64,000 nucleotides of DNA from an uncultured Candidatus Poseidoniales archaeon (GTDB lineage Archaea > Thermoplasmatota > Poseidoniia > Poseidoniales > Thalassarchaeaceae). Position 1 is the stretch's first letter, and each line of letters begins with the position of its first letter. The DNA lies in assembly GCA_964013425.1 (NCBI GenBank), contig CAXGWC010000005.1:16149-80148 (forward strand), given 5' to 3'. This document shows, piece by piece, positions 36,301 through 46,400 of this stretch. Below the pieces are notes generated by a model, which had not been told where the DNA came from, did no database searches, and saw nothing but the letters and a program-made list of their open reading frames with translations. The translations under genes and the position numbers were made by a program.

Positions 36301-37746
36301 GTGAACGGTGGTATCGAGGCTGTAGCAATTAAGAATCTACAAACAATTCTGAAGTCTAGGGGGATTTCCTCAGAGGCACTATTTTCGAAGTATGATGTAG
36401 ATGGGAACGGGAGTCTGAATTATGAGGAATTTGTGGCCGCACTGACATCGATAACTGGACAGAGGGCACCGCAGTCAATAGTAAATGCAATTTTCTCAGT
36501 TTTGGATTCTAACGGCGATGGACAAATTGATCTACAAGAGATTCTCGTACTCGTTGATGGCAAGACCTCTGACCCATACGTCGAAGGTTCATCTCTCACG
36601 ATTTCAGATCATCCAAACAACATTTACAATGGCCTCTATGAACCTAAAGGAGAATTGAACGGAAAACCACTTTTCGAAAATATCAACTCAGCTAAATTGT
36701 ACTTCTACAACGCCGGATCGGGAGGTGCTCCATCGTGGAGTCTCGATGACAGAGAACTCGACGGAACTCAGGACTTCTACAGGGGAGGATGGACGAGGCC
36801 CCCTGCTGGTGGTGGCCTGCCCACGGGCACCAGGAGATGGGTTGGAGTAGGTAAAATCACGATTCAATCATCCTCTCCCTCTGAGGATCTCCCGGAGGAT
36901 ACCGAGGAGTTGCCAGTCGCAGAGGTAGTTGAGGAGGCCGAACCCGATTCTCCCGCAAACATGATGGATTCCATTTCAGTAGAGTTCTCGGAAATCCTAG
37001 GAGAAATGCAACAAGCAGAATTCTCGGACGTGGAAGCACTGGAGAAGAGCAGGGCCATTGCGGATGAACAGGCGGAGTCAAGAATCTCAAAACTACCCAG
37101 CTTCCTACAACCAACCGCGAGGGAAATCTGGAAGGTCAAGGCCGATTCCTTACAAGAAATCGCCCGATCTAATCTTGTTCTCGCGTCGACCACCGCAGCT
37201 ACGCTAACTGCAGGTGCCTTGGGCATCGCTTCCATCCCTTCCGAGCAGAAAGAATGGCAAGAAGCCACAGAAATAGAGGTCAATACTGACTCTTCTAATT
37301 CAATTGTGGAGGAGAAAATCGAAGAGACCGCAACTCAATCCCAACCAGAGCAAGAGAACGTAATTTCAGAAGAGCCAGCAGGTAATCAAGCAGGCTCTGA
37401 AGCAATGACAATTTTCTCCATGGCAGAGTCATTCTCACAGGCTCGAATGCTGTCGGAACAGAATGCTTTGAAGGAGGAGCTTTCTGGTACCACAGTCGAT
37501 ATTTCCATCAAAATAACTTCTGTGGAAAGGACCTTTGGAATCGGCATCTCCGATAGATACAGAGGCGGGAACACTGTCGTAGCTTCCTTACATGACCAGG
37601 GAATGCCATCTGCAAATGAAGTAGAAATTAGAATCCCCTCGGATACAGATATCTCACTTTACAAGGCCGGGTACGAAGGTGAGATATCCTGTACAGTATC
37701 TGGTTGGAATGGCATTCGTAAGCGGATCATTCTTGATGCTCAGTAG
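36301..37746 (+). CDS. EF-hand-containing multidomain hypothetical protein
   Basis: Paired canonical EF loops DVDGNGSLNYEE and DSNGDGQIDLQE; beta-rich domain; acidic linkers; OB-like C-terminus. Confidence 0.75.
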   Translation: MNGGIEAVAIKNLQTILKSRGISSEALFSKYDVDGNGSLNYEEFVAALTSITGQRAPQSIVNAIFSVLDSNGDGQIDLQEILVLVDGKTSDPYVEGSSLTISDHPNNIYNGLYEPKGELNGKPLFENINSAKLYFYNAGSGGAPSWSLDDRELDGTQDFYRGGWTRPPAGGGLPTGTRRWVGVGKITIQSSSPSEDLPEDTEELPVAEVVEEAEPDSPANMMDSISVEFSEILGEMQQAEFSDVEALEKSRAIADEQAESRISKLPSFLQPTAREIWKVKADSLQEIARSNLVLASTTAATLTAGALGIASIPSEQKEWQEATEIEVNTDSSNSIVEEKIEETATQSQPEQENVISEEPAGNQAGSEAMTIFSMAESFSQARMLSEQNALKEELSGTTVDISIKITSVERTFGIGISDRYRGGNTVVASLHDQGMPSANEVEIRIPSDTDISLYKAGYEGEISCTVSGWNGIRKRIILDAQ

Positions 37747-38585
37747 CCAGAGACTTCGAGAGCCTCATCGATCATCTCCTCGAGGCTAATCAGTGGCCTA
37801 AACCCACATCTATGCTCTAAGAACCAAGCATCCACAATTCCCCAAACCTCTCCATCAGAATTCTGATTCAGCTCTACAGAAGCTCCAGTTTTACTATTGT
37901 AGATATTCGCTAATTCACTCATGGTTATTCCCTTTCCCGAACCTACTGCGAAACTCTCTCTGGTTAGAGGGGGGTTTTCAAGAACCGAAAGCACCGTCCT
38001 TACCAAATCTTCAACATGAACGAGATCTTTCACGTCGTCTCCAGACCCTGGTACGTTTATCCAACCAATTTGACTCTCGCTAGCCCACCGATGAAGAATT
38101 CCGTTACCTGGTGGCCCTTGAAGTGGGACTCCCTGGACATTCGATGCCCGGATAACACTGACAGGTCTTCCTGACTCTGCCCTCTCAAGAGCATTCTCCT
38201 CAATCCAAAGCTGTCCTTCCGCGGCGGTATCTCTCGGGGACAGTGATGACTCTGGGCCATAGTAATCGTCACCCGGGGACCAGGGAGGATGCACTCTCAA
38301 TGTTCCAACAATTATCATGTGTAGCTCCCCGTGCCGGTTAACCGCATCTAAAACAGGCCTAGCAGCCTCTCTCATCATAATCTTGACCTCACGGTCATTC
38401 CTAGCAACACTCGTGTCGACTGGCCTAGAGTTAATGTGTATCAATGCATTACAGGGAGTTAGCATGACGTCAAGAGTCATATTGTCTTCCAAAACCTCGT
38501 CAGGAATTACCACCGCGGCATCCCCAAGGGCATCAATAATGTAGGGTGCCACGAATGCATCAGAGGCAGTTATTGCGACCTTCAT
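37740..38585 (-). CDS. Degenerate NAD-dependent epimerase/dehydratase-fold protein
   Basis: MKVAITA, IRASNVQG, GSGDDVKDLVHVEDLV, FAVGSG match the extended SDR layout, but GxxGxxG and YxxxK are absent. Confidence 0.7.
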   Translation of the reverse strand: MKVAITASDAFVAPYIIDALGDAAVVIPDEVLEDNMTLDVMLTPCNALIHINSRPVDTSVARNDREVKIMMREAARPVLDAVNRHGELHMIIVGTLRVHPPWSPGDDYYGPESSLSPRDTAAEGQLWIEENALERAESGRPVSVIRASNVQGVPLQGPPGNGILHRWASESQIGWINVPGSGDDVKDLVHVEDLVRTVLSVLENPPLTRESFAVGSGKGITMSELANIYNSKTGASVELNQNSDGEVWGIVDAWFLEHRCGFRPLISLEEMIDEALEVSGY

Positions 38586-38693
38586 GATATACTGACTGAC
38601 TTGGGAGTAATAAGAGTGTGTCGGTCTTCCATGCAGAATCCCAACCAAAGATAATCATAAACTCCCTACGCCTCCAGAAAGCTGAGGGTTACC

Positions 38694-40058
38694 GTGGACC
38701 AATTGCCAAACCTTGGAAGAGAGCAGGAAATGCTCGATATTATGGGCATTTCCTCCATGAAAGATCTGTTTGAAGATATCCCTGTTGAAATAAGATCAGA
38801 AGGCACACTACCTTTGCCGCCCCCACAGACAGAGGAAGAAATACTCATGGACGCAGAGAGGCTCTTGGGGGCCAATGTCAATCTGGATAGTAGACCATCA
38901 TTCATCTCAGCAGGATTGTCTAGAAATTTTGTTCCATCAATGGTCCCAATGATTGCCACAAGAGGAGAATTTCTCACCTCATACACCCCATATCAGCCTG
39001 AGGTTAGTCAAGGGATGCTTCAGGCCATGTGGGAGTTCCAGACAATGATTTCCGAGTTAGTAGGACTTCCGATCTCAAATGTTTCTATGTACGACGCTAG
39101 TACATCAGCCGCCGAAGCGATAACCTGCGCAGTGAGGGTGAAATCAAAGAAGGTAGAGATGCCAAATACGGTTTATGTTTCGGAATTGATACCTCCTCAT
39201 AGGATGTCAGTAATTGAGAATTATACCCAAGGGGTAGGCATAGATATCAGGAAAATTCCCCATGATGAAGATGGCTTCTTGGATTTGAACGCAGCAACCC
39301 AGGCATCCGGATCGTGCGCGATATATGTCGAACAGCCAAATGCATTTGGGATTCTCGACGAGGGATTGTTGAAGTTGAGGGAAGTAGTTGGGGATAAAAC
39401 CGCTATTATTGTAGGAGTCGACGTCACCTCACTGGGGCTAGTAGAGCCCCCTGGTAACTGGGGTGCCGATATAGTGGTCGGAGAGGGTCAACCATTCGGA
39501 ATAGGGCCAACCGCAGGAGGGCCTATTTACGGGATATTCGCCTGTAAAAAGGACTTCTTGCGCCTGATGCCAGGCAGAATCGTGGGGCAGAGCATAGATA
39601 CTGAAGGAAAGACTGCATATACACTCACGCTGTCTACCCGGGAGCAGCACATTCGCAGACACAGAGCCACCTCAAATATATGTTCAAATGAGACTCTAAT
39701 CGCACTCATGGGAGCGATGCACATGGCTCTTCTAGGGCCCGTCGGACTGGAAACCCTCTCCACCAGGATACTGTCCTCGACTAGGATGACTATAGATGAA
39801 CTATCATCAGTCGAAGGACTGGAATTGGCGTTTCCTAAATCACCAGTTTTCAGAGAGTTTGCTGTCAAAGTCCCAGGTAAGTCATCCGAAGCCCTATCCC
39901 ATATTTTCGAACTAGGCGTAATTGGGGGCTTTGATCTCGGTCAGTGGTGGCCAGATAAAGGATCATGGATTCTCGTTGGTTGTGATGAGAGAACTTCAGA
40001 ATCCGATATCTCTCTGTTAAAAAAATCACTTACTTCGTGGGTGGAGGAGTCATCATGA
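38694..40058 (+). CDS. gcvPA: Glycine dehydrogenase (decarboxylating) subunit 1
   Basis: EFLTSYTPYQPEVSQG, SMYDA, GEGQPFG, PGRIVG, REQHIRR..ATSNICSN. Confidence 0.96.
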   Translation: MDQLPNLGREQEMLDIMGISSMKDLFEDIPVEIRSEGTLPLPPPQTEEEILMDAERLLGANVNLDSRPSFISAGLSRNFVPSMVPMIATRGEFLTSYTPYQPEVSQGMLQAMWEFQTMISELVGLPISNVSMYDASTSAAEAITCAVRVKSKKVEMPNTVYVSELIPPHRMSVIENYTQGVGIDIRKIPHDEDGFLDLNAATQASGSCAIYVEQPNAFGILDEGLLKLREVVGDKTAIIVGVDVTSLGLVEPPGNWGADIVVGEGQPFGIGPTAGGPIYGIFACKKDFLRLMPGRIVGQSIDTEGKTAYTLTLSTREQHIRRHRATSNICSNETLIALMGAMHMALLGPVGLETLSTRILSSTRMTIDELSSVEGLELAFPKSPVFREFAVKVPGKSSEALSHIFELGVIGGFDLGQWWPDKGSWILVGCDERTSESDISLLKKSLTSWVEESS

Positions 40059-41563
40059 CTGACACTATTTTCGACTTCAATGGCTCGAAGAATGCTGGAT
40101 GGTCCCAACCATCCCCTCTCACGGACGACTCTACTAGTCACATTCCGGAATCCATGAGAAGAAACAGATTGCCCGATTGGCCTAGGGCAAGTGAGCCAGA
40201 GTTGGTGAGACATTACACCAAACTTTCTCAGAAAAATTTTGGAATTGATACAGGATTCTACCCCTTGGGATCTTGTACAATGAAACATAATCCCAGACTC
40301 AATGAGAAGATAGTCCAGAATCCTGGAATAGACCGTATTCACCCTCTGCAACCTGAGGAACAGATCCAAGGCCTTTTGGCGATTTACTACGAGATGCAGG
40401 AGATGTTAGCGATCTGCTCCGGAATGGATGCGGTGACCCTCCAGCCGGTTGCAGGCGCACAAGGTGAGTTTACCGCTATCAGGTGTATTCAAGAATACCA
40501 CAGAGAACGAGGAGATAATCATCGTGACAAGGTGATTGTACCAGATTCCGCTCATGGTACTAATCCCGCGTCCGCATCCATGTGCGGATATCAGATTATT
40601 GAGATTCCTAGTGCAAATGACGGACGTATTGATCTAGATGCTCTCCGCTCAGCTGTCGGTGATGATACGGCCGCGATGATGATCACCAATCCGAGCACGC
40701 TGGGCGTTTTTGAGCCAGAAATCGCTGAAGCAGCTGAGATTGTACATTCTGCTGGTGGGCAGATGTATTACGACGGTGCCAACTTCAATGCGATATTAGG
40801 TAAGACAGACCCCGGTCGGATGGGATTCGATGCTGTGCACTACAATCTGCACAAAACCTTCAGTCAGCCACACGGAGGAGGGGGCCCGGGAAGTGGTCCC
40901 ATCGGGGTGAAGGAGCATCTATCTAAATTCCTGCCATCCCCCCTGGTGAATCGAAAAGAGTTGCCTTCAGGGGATATCGGCACTGTGGGGGATGGCTTCT
41001 TGTATCACTGGGAAGCTCCCGCTTCATCTATCGGAAAGGTCCAGCAGTGGAATGGCAATGCTGGAGCAGTAGTAAGGGCGTGGGCCTTCTATCGGAGATA
41101 TGGCCGTGACCTGGAGAGGATGAGTGAGCATGCTGTCCTGAATGCAAACTATCTCAGGTTTAGGATAATGAACCCCAGCTCTGATTTGAATATTCATGCT
41201 ATGCCAATTGAGGGATGTCCAGCCGAAGTTGTCAAGCATGAATTCACTCTATCGATGTCCCCTCTCAAGGATGCGACAGGCGTAACAGGCAAGGACGTGG
41301 CAAAGAGGTTGCTAGATTTTGGCTACATGGCACCTACTCTATATTTCCCTCAGATCGTCCCCGAGTGCCTAATGTTCGAACCGACAGAAACTGAATCGAA
41401 GGAGGTTTTAGACAAGTTTGCCGAAGACTTCCATGCCATTCTCGCAGAGGATCCAGAAATCCTGCTAACCGCCCCTCATACCACTCCTGTGGGAAGGGTG
41501 GATGAGGTTTGGGCCGCTAGAAACCTAATTCTTAGATATCCCAAGGACGAGCCCTCGTCCTAA
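40055..41563 (+). CDS. gcvPB: Glycine dehydrogenase (decarboxylating) subunit 2
   Basis: YPLGSCTMK, SAHGTNPAS, YDGAN, NLHKTF..PHGGGGPG, EPTETE; ATGA overlap with gcvPA. Confidence 0.96.
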   Translation: MTDTIFDFNGSKNAGWSQPSPLTDDSTSHIPESMRRNRLPDWPRASEPELVRHYTKLSQKNFGIDTGFYPLGSCTMKHNPRLNEKIVQNPGIDRIHPLQPEEQIQGLLAIYYEMQEMLAICSGMDAVTLQPVAGAQGEFTAIRCIQEYHRERGDNHRDKVIVPDSAHGTNPASASMCGYQIIEIPSANDGRIDLDALRSAVGDDTAAMMITNPSTLGVFEPEIAEAAEIVHSAGGQMYYDGANFNAILGKTDPGRMGFDAVHYNLHKTFSQPHGGGGPGSGPIGVKEHLSKFLPSPLVNRKELPSGDIGTVGDGFLYHWEAPASSIGKVQQWNGNAGAVVRAWAFYRRYGRDLERMSEHAVLNANYLRFRIMNPSSDLNIHAMPIEGCPAEVVKHEFTLSMSPLKDATGVTGKDVAKRLLDFGYMAPTLYFPQIVPECLMFEPTETESKEVLDKFAEDFHAILAEDPEILLTAPHTTPVGRVDEVWAARNLILRYPKDEPSS

Positions 41564-41594
41564 TTCATATGCTAAACTCCCTCCTCAGTATTCA

Positions 41595-42449
41595 ATGGAG
41601 GCACATGGTGACAGGAACTGGCTCCGCGGAGATCCGGTTTGGTGGGGTTTAGAGACCAAACAAAAACCCCCTTTGATTAGGAATCTCGAGATAAGTATCC
41701 CCTCTGGTATGGGAGCTCCCTCCTCCGAACATAGGTTCGGATGGGCGAGACAGAGAATGAGGCCGTTAGCTTGGTCAATCCTGAAACCAGTCGCGTGGTC
41801 TCCATTCTTCCTGATCTCAAGCATTTTTCCACTAGTATTCACAGGCAATACGCCAGATGACCAGTTTGTCTCAGGAGCTCTATTTGTAATCTCATGGACT
41901 TTACTAATCGTTCCGGTTTCAAATGCAAGGAATGCACAGCCTACATCCAGTGATAATTTTCTTATTCTTCCAATAGACTGGGCACTTCTGTCCCTAGGTT
42001 CTTTACTCTTTCTTGCTCATATATACTATTCGCCATTACTGGGTTGGGTAGCGTATGCTGTTTTCTTGACTGCATTCCTTAGATCTATTATGATGATATC
42101 TGAAGTATTCTCGATACCTCCTGCTAGAATCATGTCCCCTCTTGAGAAATCTAGCTGGGATTCAAGAGCCCTTCCTGAAAGATGGGAGATCAATTCACGA
42201 TCATGGAGTAAAGGGAAGATATCTTCAACTCCTATCGGAGAAGGAAAGCTAGTCCTCTACGGTCATACGAGACAATATACAGATTTTATCTCAATCTCCT
42301 ACATCTGCAAATTCGGGTTCGTCCAGGACTGTCTATTCGAGAGCCATCCACACTCCGATGAGATAATCGCAGTACTCGAGGAGCTCCAGTTCGACTTCTC
42401 TCAAGTCGAGTGGCCGATTGAACTCATAGCATTTGACGAGGAAGAATAG
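41595..42449 (+). CDS. Hypothetical membrane protein (about four TM)
   Basis: 284-aa ORF filling the gap, with four hydrophobic segments; no family recognised. Confidence 0.6.
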   Translation: MEAHGDRNWLRGDPVWWGLETKQKPPLIRNLEISIPSGMGAPSSEHRFGWARQRMRPLAWSILKPVAWSPFFLISSIFPLVFTGNTPDDQFVSGALFVISWTLLIVPVSNARNAQPTSSDNFLILPIDWALLSLGSLLFLAHIYYSPLLGWVAYAVFLTAFLRSIMMISEVFSIPPARIMSPLEKSSWDSRALPERWEINSRSWSKGKISSTPIGEGKLVLYGHTRQYTDFISISYICKFGFVQDCLFESHPHSDEIIAVLEELQFDFSQVEWPIELIAFDEEE

Positions 42450-42459
42450 AACGGCAGGC

Positions 42460-42469
42460 ATTTGAACCT
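42460..42469 (+). promoter_or_regulatory. TATA-like element (ATTTGAACC) upstream of purE
   Basis: The same TTGAAC core recurs 25-35 nt before tRNA-Val (about 9300), tatA (about 12911) and the PLD gene (about 57120, minus strand). Confidence 0.4.
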
Positions 42470-42487
42470 CCTTACGTACCGGGTGTC

Positions 42488-42961
42488 ATGGACATATGTG
42501 TCGTACTTGGTTCGAAATCAGATTTGCCGATTGCTGAGAAATGCCGCTCCGTGCTGGAGAAATTCGATGTAACCTTCGAGATAAGGGTTGCATCCGCACA
42601 CAGGGCACCAAAATATCTCGAGGAAATTATCAGTTCGGCGGAGGACTCAGGATGTCAGGTATTCATAGGCATGGCAGGGGTTGCAGCAGCTCTTCCCGGA
42701 GTAATCGCTTCAATGACAAGTAAGCCAGTGATAGGAGTTCCAGTAGGAGGAAAGGTCCCGATGGACTCTCTACTTTCCATCGTCCAAATGCCCCCGGGCA
42801 TGCCTGTGGCTACCGTAGGGGTGGACCGAGGCGATAATGCAGGTTCTTTGGCAGTGCAAATTCTCGCAACCTCTGATGATTCCCTATCAAGCGCATACAG
42901 GGAGTACAGAGAAGCAATGACTGCGAAGGTAATCTCAGATGACGAGTCCATTCAGGGGTGA
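42488..42961 (+). CDS. purE: N5-CAIR mutase / AIR carboxylase
   Basis: [41 protein letters not shown]. Confidence 0.96.
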   Translation: MDICVVLGSKSDLPIAEKCRSVLEKFDVTFEIRVASAHRAPKYLEEIISSAEDSGCQVFIGMAGVAAALPGVIASMTSKPVIGVPVGGKVPMDSLLSIVQMPPGMPVATVGVDRGDNAGSLAVQILATSDDSLSSAYREYREAMTAKVISDDESIQG

Positions 42962-43914
42962 GTCCTTTAATGGATACTCAAATGCTGGTCGATGAGGCAA
43001 TTGAAGCATTAGAATCTAAGATAGATGACACTGCAATAATAGCATGCTCAGGAGGAATAGATAGTACTGTGGCAGCTGTACTTGCTCACCGTGCTGTTGG
43101 GAGTCTACTCCACTGCGTCTACGTCGATACCGGATTCATGCGCAAGGGAGAGACCGATGAGGTCAGGGAGATGTTCAAGGAAATGGGAATCGAATTACAG
43201 GTGGTCGATGCATCCGAGAGATTCTTCAACAGTTTAGATGGAGTGACAGACCCAGAGAAAAAGAGGAAGGTAATCGGAGAGCAATTCATCAGAGTTTTCG
43301 AGGAGGAGCAGGCAAACTGTGGTGCAAAATATCTGGTTCAAGGTACTATAGCGCCAGATTGGATAGAGTCAGGAGGAGGAGAGAGAGACGTAATTAAGAG
43401 CCATCACAACGTTGGCGGCCTGCCTGATGATGTCGACATGAAGATAGTCGAACCCCTGCGTGAATTCTACAAAGATGAGGTCAGGGAGATTGCTAGGAGT
43501 CTAGGAATCAAATCTAGCGAGAGACAGCCCTTCCCCGGTCCCGGTCTGGCCGTTAGGGTCCTGGGTAATCTTACTAGACATCGAGTCGAGGCCTGTCGTG
43601 AGGCCTGCCACATTGTGGAGATCAGACTACAGGAAGCCGCTATCGCAGGAAAATGCGATCTCCCCTGGCAATATTTCGCTGCTTTACTGCCAGTCAAGAG
43701 TGTTGGCGTGCATGGGGACGCTAGGGTTCATGGAGAGACTGTAGTAGTTAGAGCGGTAACCAGTTTAGATGGCATGAGCGCCAAGTACTCTGAGATCCCT
43801 CATGATGTTCTAGCTTCCATTAGTACCGAGATAACCAACTCTCTGAAAGGGCAAGTAAACAGAGTGGTGTATGATATCACGCACAAGCCCCCAGGGACAA
43901 TTGAGTGGGAATGA
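42958..43914 (+). CDS. guaAB: GMP synthase ATP pyrophosphatase subunit
   Basis: [47 protein letters not shown]; no glutaminase domain. Confidence 0.95.
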   Translation: MSPLMDTQMLVDEAIEALESKIDDTAIIACSGGIDSTVAAVLAHRAVGSLLHCVYVDTGFMRKGETDEVREMFKEMGIELQVVDASERFFNSLDGVTDPEKKRKVIGEQFIRVFEEEQANCGAKYLVQGTIAPDWIESGGGERDVIKSHHNVGGLPDDVDMKIVEPLREFYKDEVREIARSLGIKSSERQPFPGPGLAVRVLGNLTRHRVEACREACHIVEIRLQEAAIAGKCDLPWQYFAALLPVKSVGVHGDARVHGETVVVRAVTSLDGMSAKYSEIPHDVLASISTEITNSLKGQVNRVVYDITHKPPGTIEWE

Positions 43915-43956
43915 TTCCGATTCATTGATGAATGTGTTATGCTGCGACAAGCTTGG

Positions 43957-44032
43957 GCCGACATAGCTTAGTTGGTGGAGCGGTGGACTGTTAATCCACA
44001 GGTCGCAGGTTCAAGTCCTGCTGTCGGCGCCA
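43957..44032 (+). tRNA. tRNA-Asn(GTT)
   Basis: Acceptor GCCGACA/TGTCGGC, anticodon arm GTGGA-CTGTTAA-TCCAC, G73, CCA. Confidence 0.95.
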
Positions 44033-46306
44033 TCATTCCCTTCTGGCTAGCGCGGCAAGGGCTAGGACAGATATCGCTGAAATTAATCCAAATCCAGGCG
44101 TGTCATTACTGGCACTATCATCGAAAACATCCATCGCATCGCAGATTCCATCCTCATCAGAGTCAGTTGGAGATGAGTCCTGATCCAATGGGTCGCTCAT
44201 GCACTCTAACTCATAACCATCATCGAACAGATCCCCATCGTCATCTTGGTCTGAATTATCTCCCAGTCCGTCCCCATCAGTGTCTCGCCATTCTGCTCTA
44301 TCCAAGGGAAAGGCATCATTCTCATCTGCTACTCCATCCCCATCATCATCGGGATCCTGAATGTCACAAGCACCATCTCCATCAGTATCTTCGGGCGACA
44401 CTTCAACGTTCATTGGATCGCTGTCACAATCGCCCTCCGCGGTATCCCCCCATCCGTCACCATCATCATCCCCGTCGGCGTTATTGCCAATTCCGTCTCC
44501 ATCGGTGTCTGACCACTCATTACGATCAATGGGGAATGCATCATCAGGATCAAGCACTCCATCGTCGTCGTCATCAGAGTCCAAAGCATCACACTCGCCA
44601 TCGCCATCGGAGTCTAAGGGCATCGAACCTGAGTCAACCGATTGGCTACCACATTCGACCTCGTCTTGATCAGACCAACCATCACCATCATCGTCAGTAT
44701 CGGTATTGTCGCCTACTCCATCTCCGTCTGTGTCTGCCCACTCGGTAGAGTCGTCGGGAAATGCATCACCATCATCGTCGACCCCGTCTTCGTCTGAATC
44801 AACACAAGAAATACTCGCGTCAAGGGGTGCGCAGTCATTGTCGTCAACGACTCCGTCATTATCGTCATCTGGGTCACCAACATCCGCGAGCCCATCTCCA
44901 TCAGTATCTAGACCATCATTTGATGGATCAAAGGCTCCAGATGAACAGTCATCAGCCGCATCCATATCCACATCTGAACATATGAACGGGTTAAGTGGAT
45001 CTTGATCAAGAGAATCATCCACTCCATCATTATCGTCATCTGGGTCACCAACATCCGCGAGCCCATCTCCATCAGTATCTAGACCATCATTTGATGGATC
45101 AAAGGCTCCAGATGAACAGTCATCAGCCGCATCCATATCCACATCTGAACATATGAACGGGTTAAGTGGATCTTGATCATCAGGATCAAGCACTCCATCA
45201 TTATCGTCGTCGGTGTCAGCGTTGTCACCAGTTCCGTCTCCGTCGTGGTCCACCCACTCTGTTGGATCTAGGGGAAATGCGTCATAGTCGTCGTCATAAC
45301 CATCGTTATCGTCGTCTGGGTCACTATCATTTGGTATGCCATCGCCATCAAAGTCGTCCCCCTCGATCGCATCGCATACGCCGTTGCCGTTACTATCTGT
45401 TGGGGTATCGTTCGAGTCAAGGGGATCCGTCCCACACGAGTTCTCATCAACGTCACTCCAGCCATCGTTGTCGTCATCAGTATCTTCCACAAGTTGTGAT
45501 GTCGAAGTGAACTCGATGTTATCCAAGAATAGTGACTCAGTGGCTGCATTAGAACTGAATGTGACCTCAAGACTCCCCGCACCAGCAGATGAAATATCTG
45601 TTACTACATTGGTCCAATTACCTAGGTAGGATTGGAAGTCAGCATCTATATCGTAGCCAGTAGTGTTCATAATTTGAACTTGTGAATTGGTGCCATTGAA
45701 TAGAATAATGAGATAATCGATGGGAGTCGATGTCTCGTAACCAGTATCCTGAAGGAACATATCAAAATTCACATATTCAGCATTTACACTATCTAGAATT
45801 AGAGTGGTAATTCCATCGACATCAGACATTTGGTAACCGTTATCGCCGTCAGTGAAGTTTCCGACAGTACCGGTGTAGTTTACTGTCCCAAAGTAATCGC
45901 CATCAGTCAGACCAACTCCTCCATTCGCCTCGTAGTAAAGCGAGAAACCCATCTCCGATCCACTGGACTGATTATGAGATACATGAGGCTGGTTCATATT
46001 ATTCCACAGATACCGATCGACACTTTCGTCACCAATATCCGTGTACTTCACGCTGGATATCGTAAATGGGTCCTCAAATGACGTATGTGCCACGACGTAT
46101 GTTCCCGAACAACCATTGGCGAGAGTGTCTGGCATTCCATCAGAATCTGTATCTGTATCTGCACAGGGATCGTTGGGGAAGTCATCATTGGCATCATCGG
46201 TCCCGTCCCCATCGGTATCATTCGCTGAGACTACATGGGCTGAAGCTAGCAACATCATTACAATCAGAATCGGCTTCAATAAGCGGTACTTGTTCATGCC
46301 ACTCAT
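44033..46306 (-). CDS. Cell-surface protein with many thrombospondin type 3 (Ca-binding) repeats and a PGF-CTERM sorting signal
   Basis: Signal peptide; beta-rich domain; many DxDGDG...DAFP repeats; C-terminus TPGFGLISAISVLALAALARRE. Confidence 0.88.
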   Translation of the reverse strand: MSGMNKYRLLKPILIVMMLLASAHVVSANDTDGDGTDDANDDFPNDPCADTDTDSDGMPDTLANGCSGTYVVAHTSFEDPFTISSVKYTDIGDESVDRYLWNNMNQPHVSHNQSSGSEMGFSLYYEANGGVGLTDGDYFGTVNYTGTVGNFTDGDNGYQMSDVDGITTLILDSVNAEYVNFDMFLQDTGYETSTPIDYLIILFNGTNSQVQIMNTTGYDIDADFQSYLGNWTNVVTDISSAGAGSLEVTFSSNAATESLFLDNIEFTSTSQLVEDTDDDNDGWSDVDENSCGTDPLDSNDTPTDSNGNGVCDAIEGDDFDGDGIPNDSDPDDDNDGYDDDYDAFPLDPTEWVDHDGDGTGDNADTDDDNDGVLDPDDQDPLNPFICSDVDMDAADDCSSGAFDPSNDGLDTDGDGLADVGDPDDDNDGVDDSLDQDPLNPFICSDVDMDAADDCSSGAFDPSNDGLDTDGDGLADVGDPDDDNDGVVDDNDCAPLDASISCVDSDEDGVDDDGDAFPDDSTEWADTDGDGVGDNTDTDDDGDGWSDQDEVECGSQSVDSGSMPLDSDGDGECDALDSDDDDDGVLDPDDAFPIDRNEWSDTDGDGIGNNADGDDDGDGWGDTAEGDCDSDPMNVEVSPEDTDGDGACDIQDPDDDGDGVADENDAFPLDRAEWRDTDGDGLGDNSDQDDDGDLFDDGYELECMSDPLDQDSSPTDSDEDGICDAMDVFDDSASNDTPGFGLISAISVLALAALARRE
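44856..45179. repeat. Exact in-frame direct repeat, two 153-bp copies, period 171 bp
   Basis: 44856-45008 matches 45027-45179 (TCATTATCGTCATCTGGG...GGATCTTGATCA). Confidence 0.9.
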
Positions 46307-46400
46307 TCGGGGGACAATTCAATAAGAATTGCGCATTGAATGTGAATTGGAAGAAAACCCCCTTCCGTTAAACTCTTTGACCTTCCTTCGATGCAGTGAC

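Noticed and set aside
43972-44748. 258-aa His/Arg-rich ORF on the plus strand, and similar Ser/Pro-rich ORFs up to 46371
   Set aside because: Antisense shadows of the Asp/Gly-rich TSP3 gene; this one starts inside tRNA-Asn.
44200-45500. Repetitive DNA that could be taken for a CRISPR array
   Set aside because: The repeats are in-frame, codon-degenerate protein repeats with no constant repeat/unique spacer pattern, and no cas genes are present.
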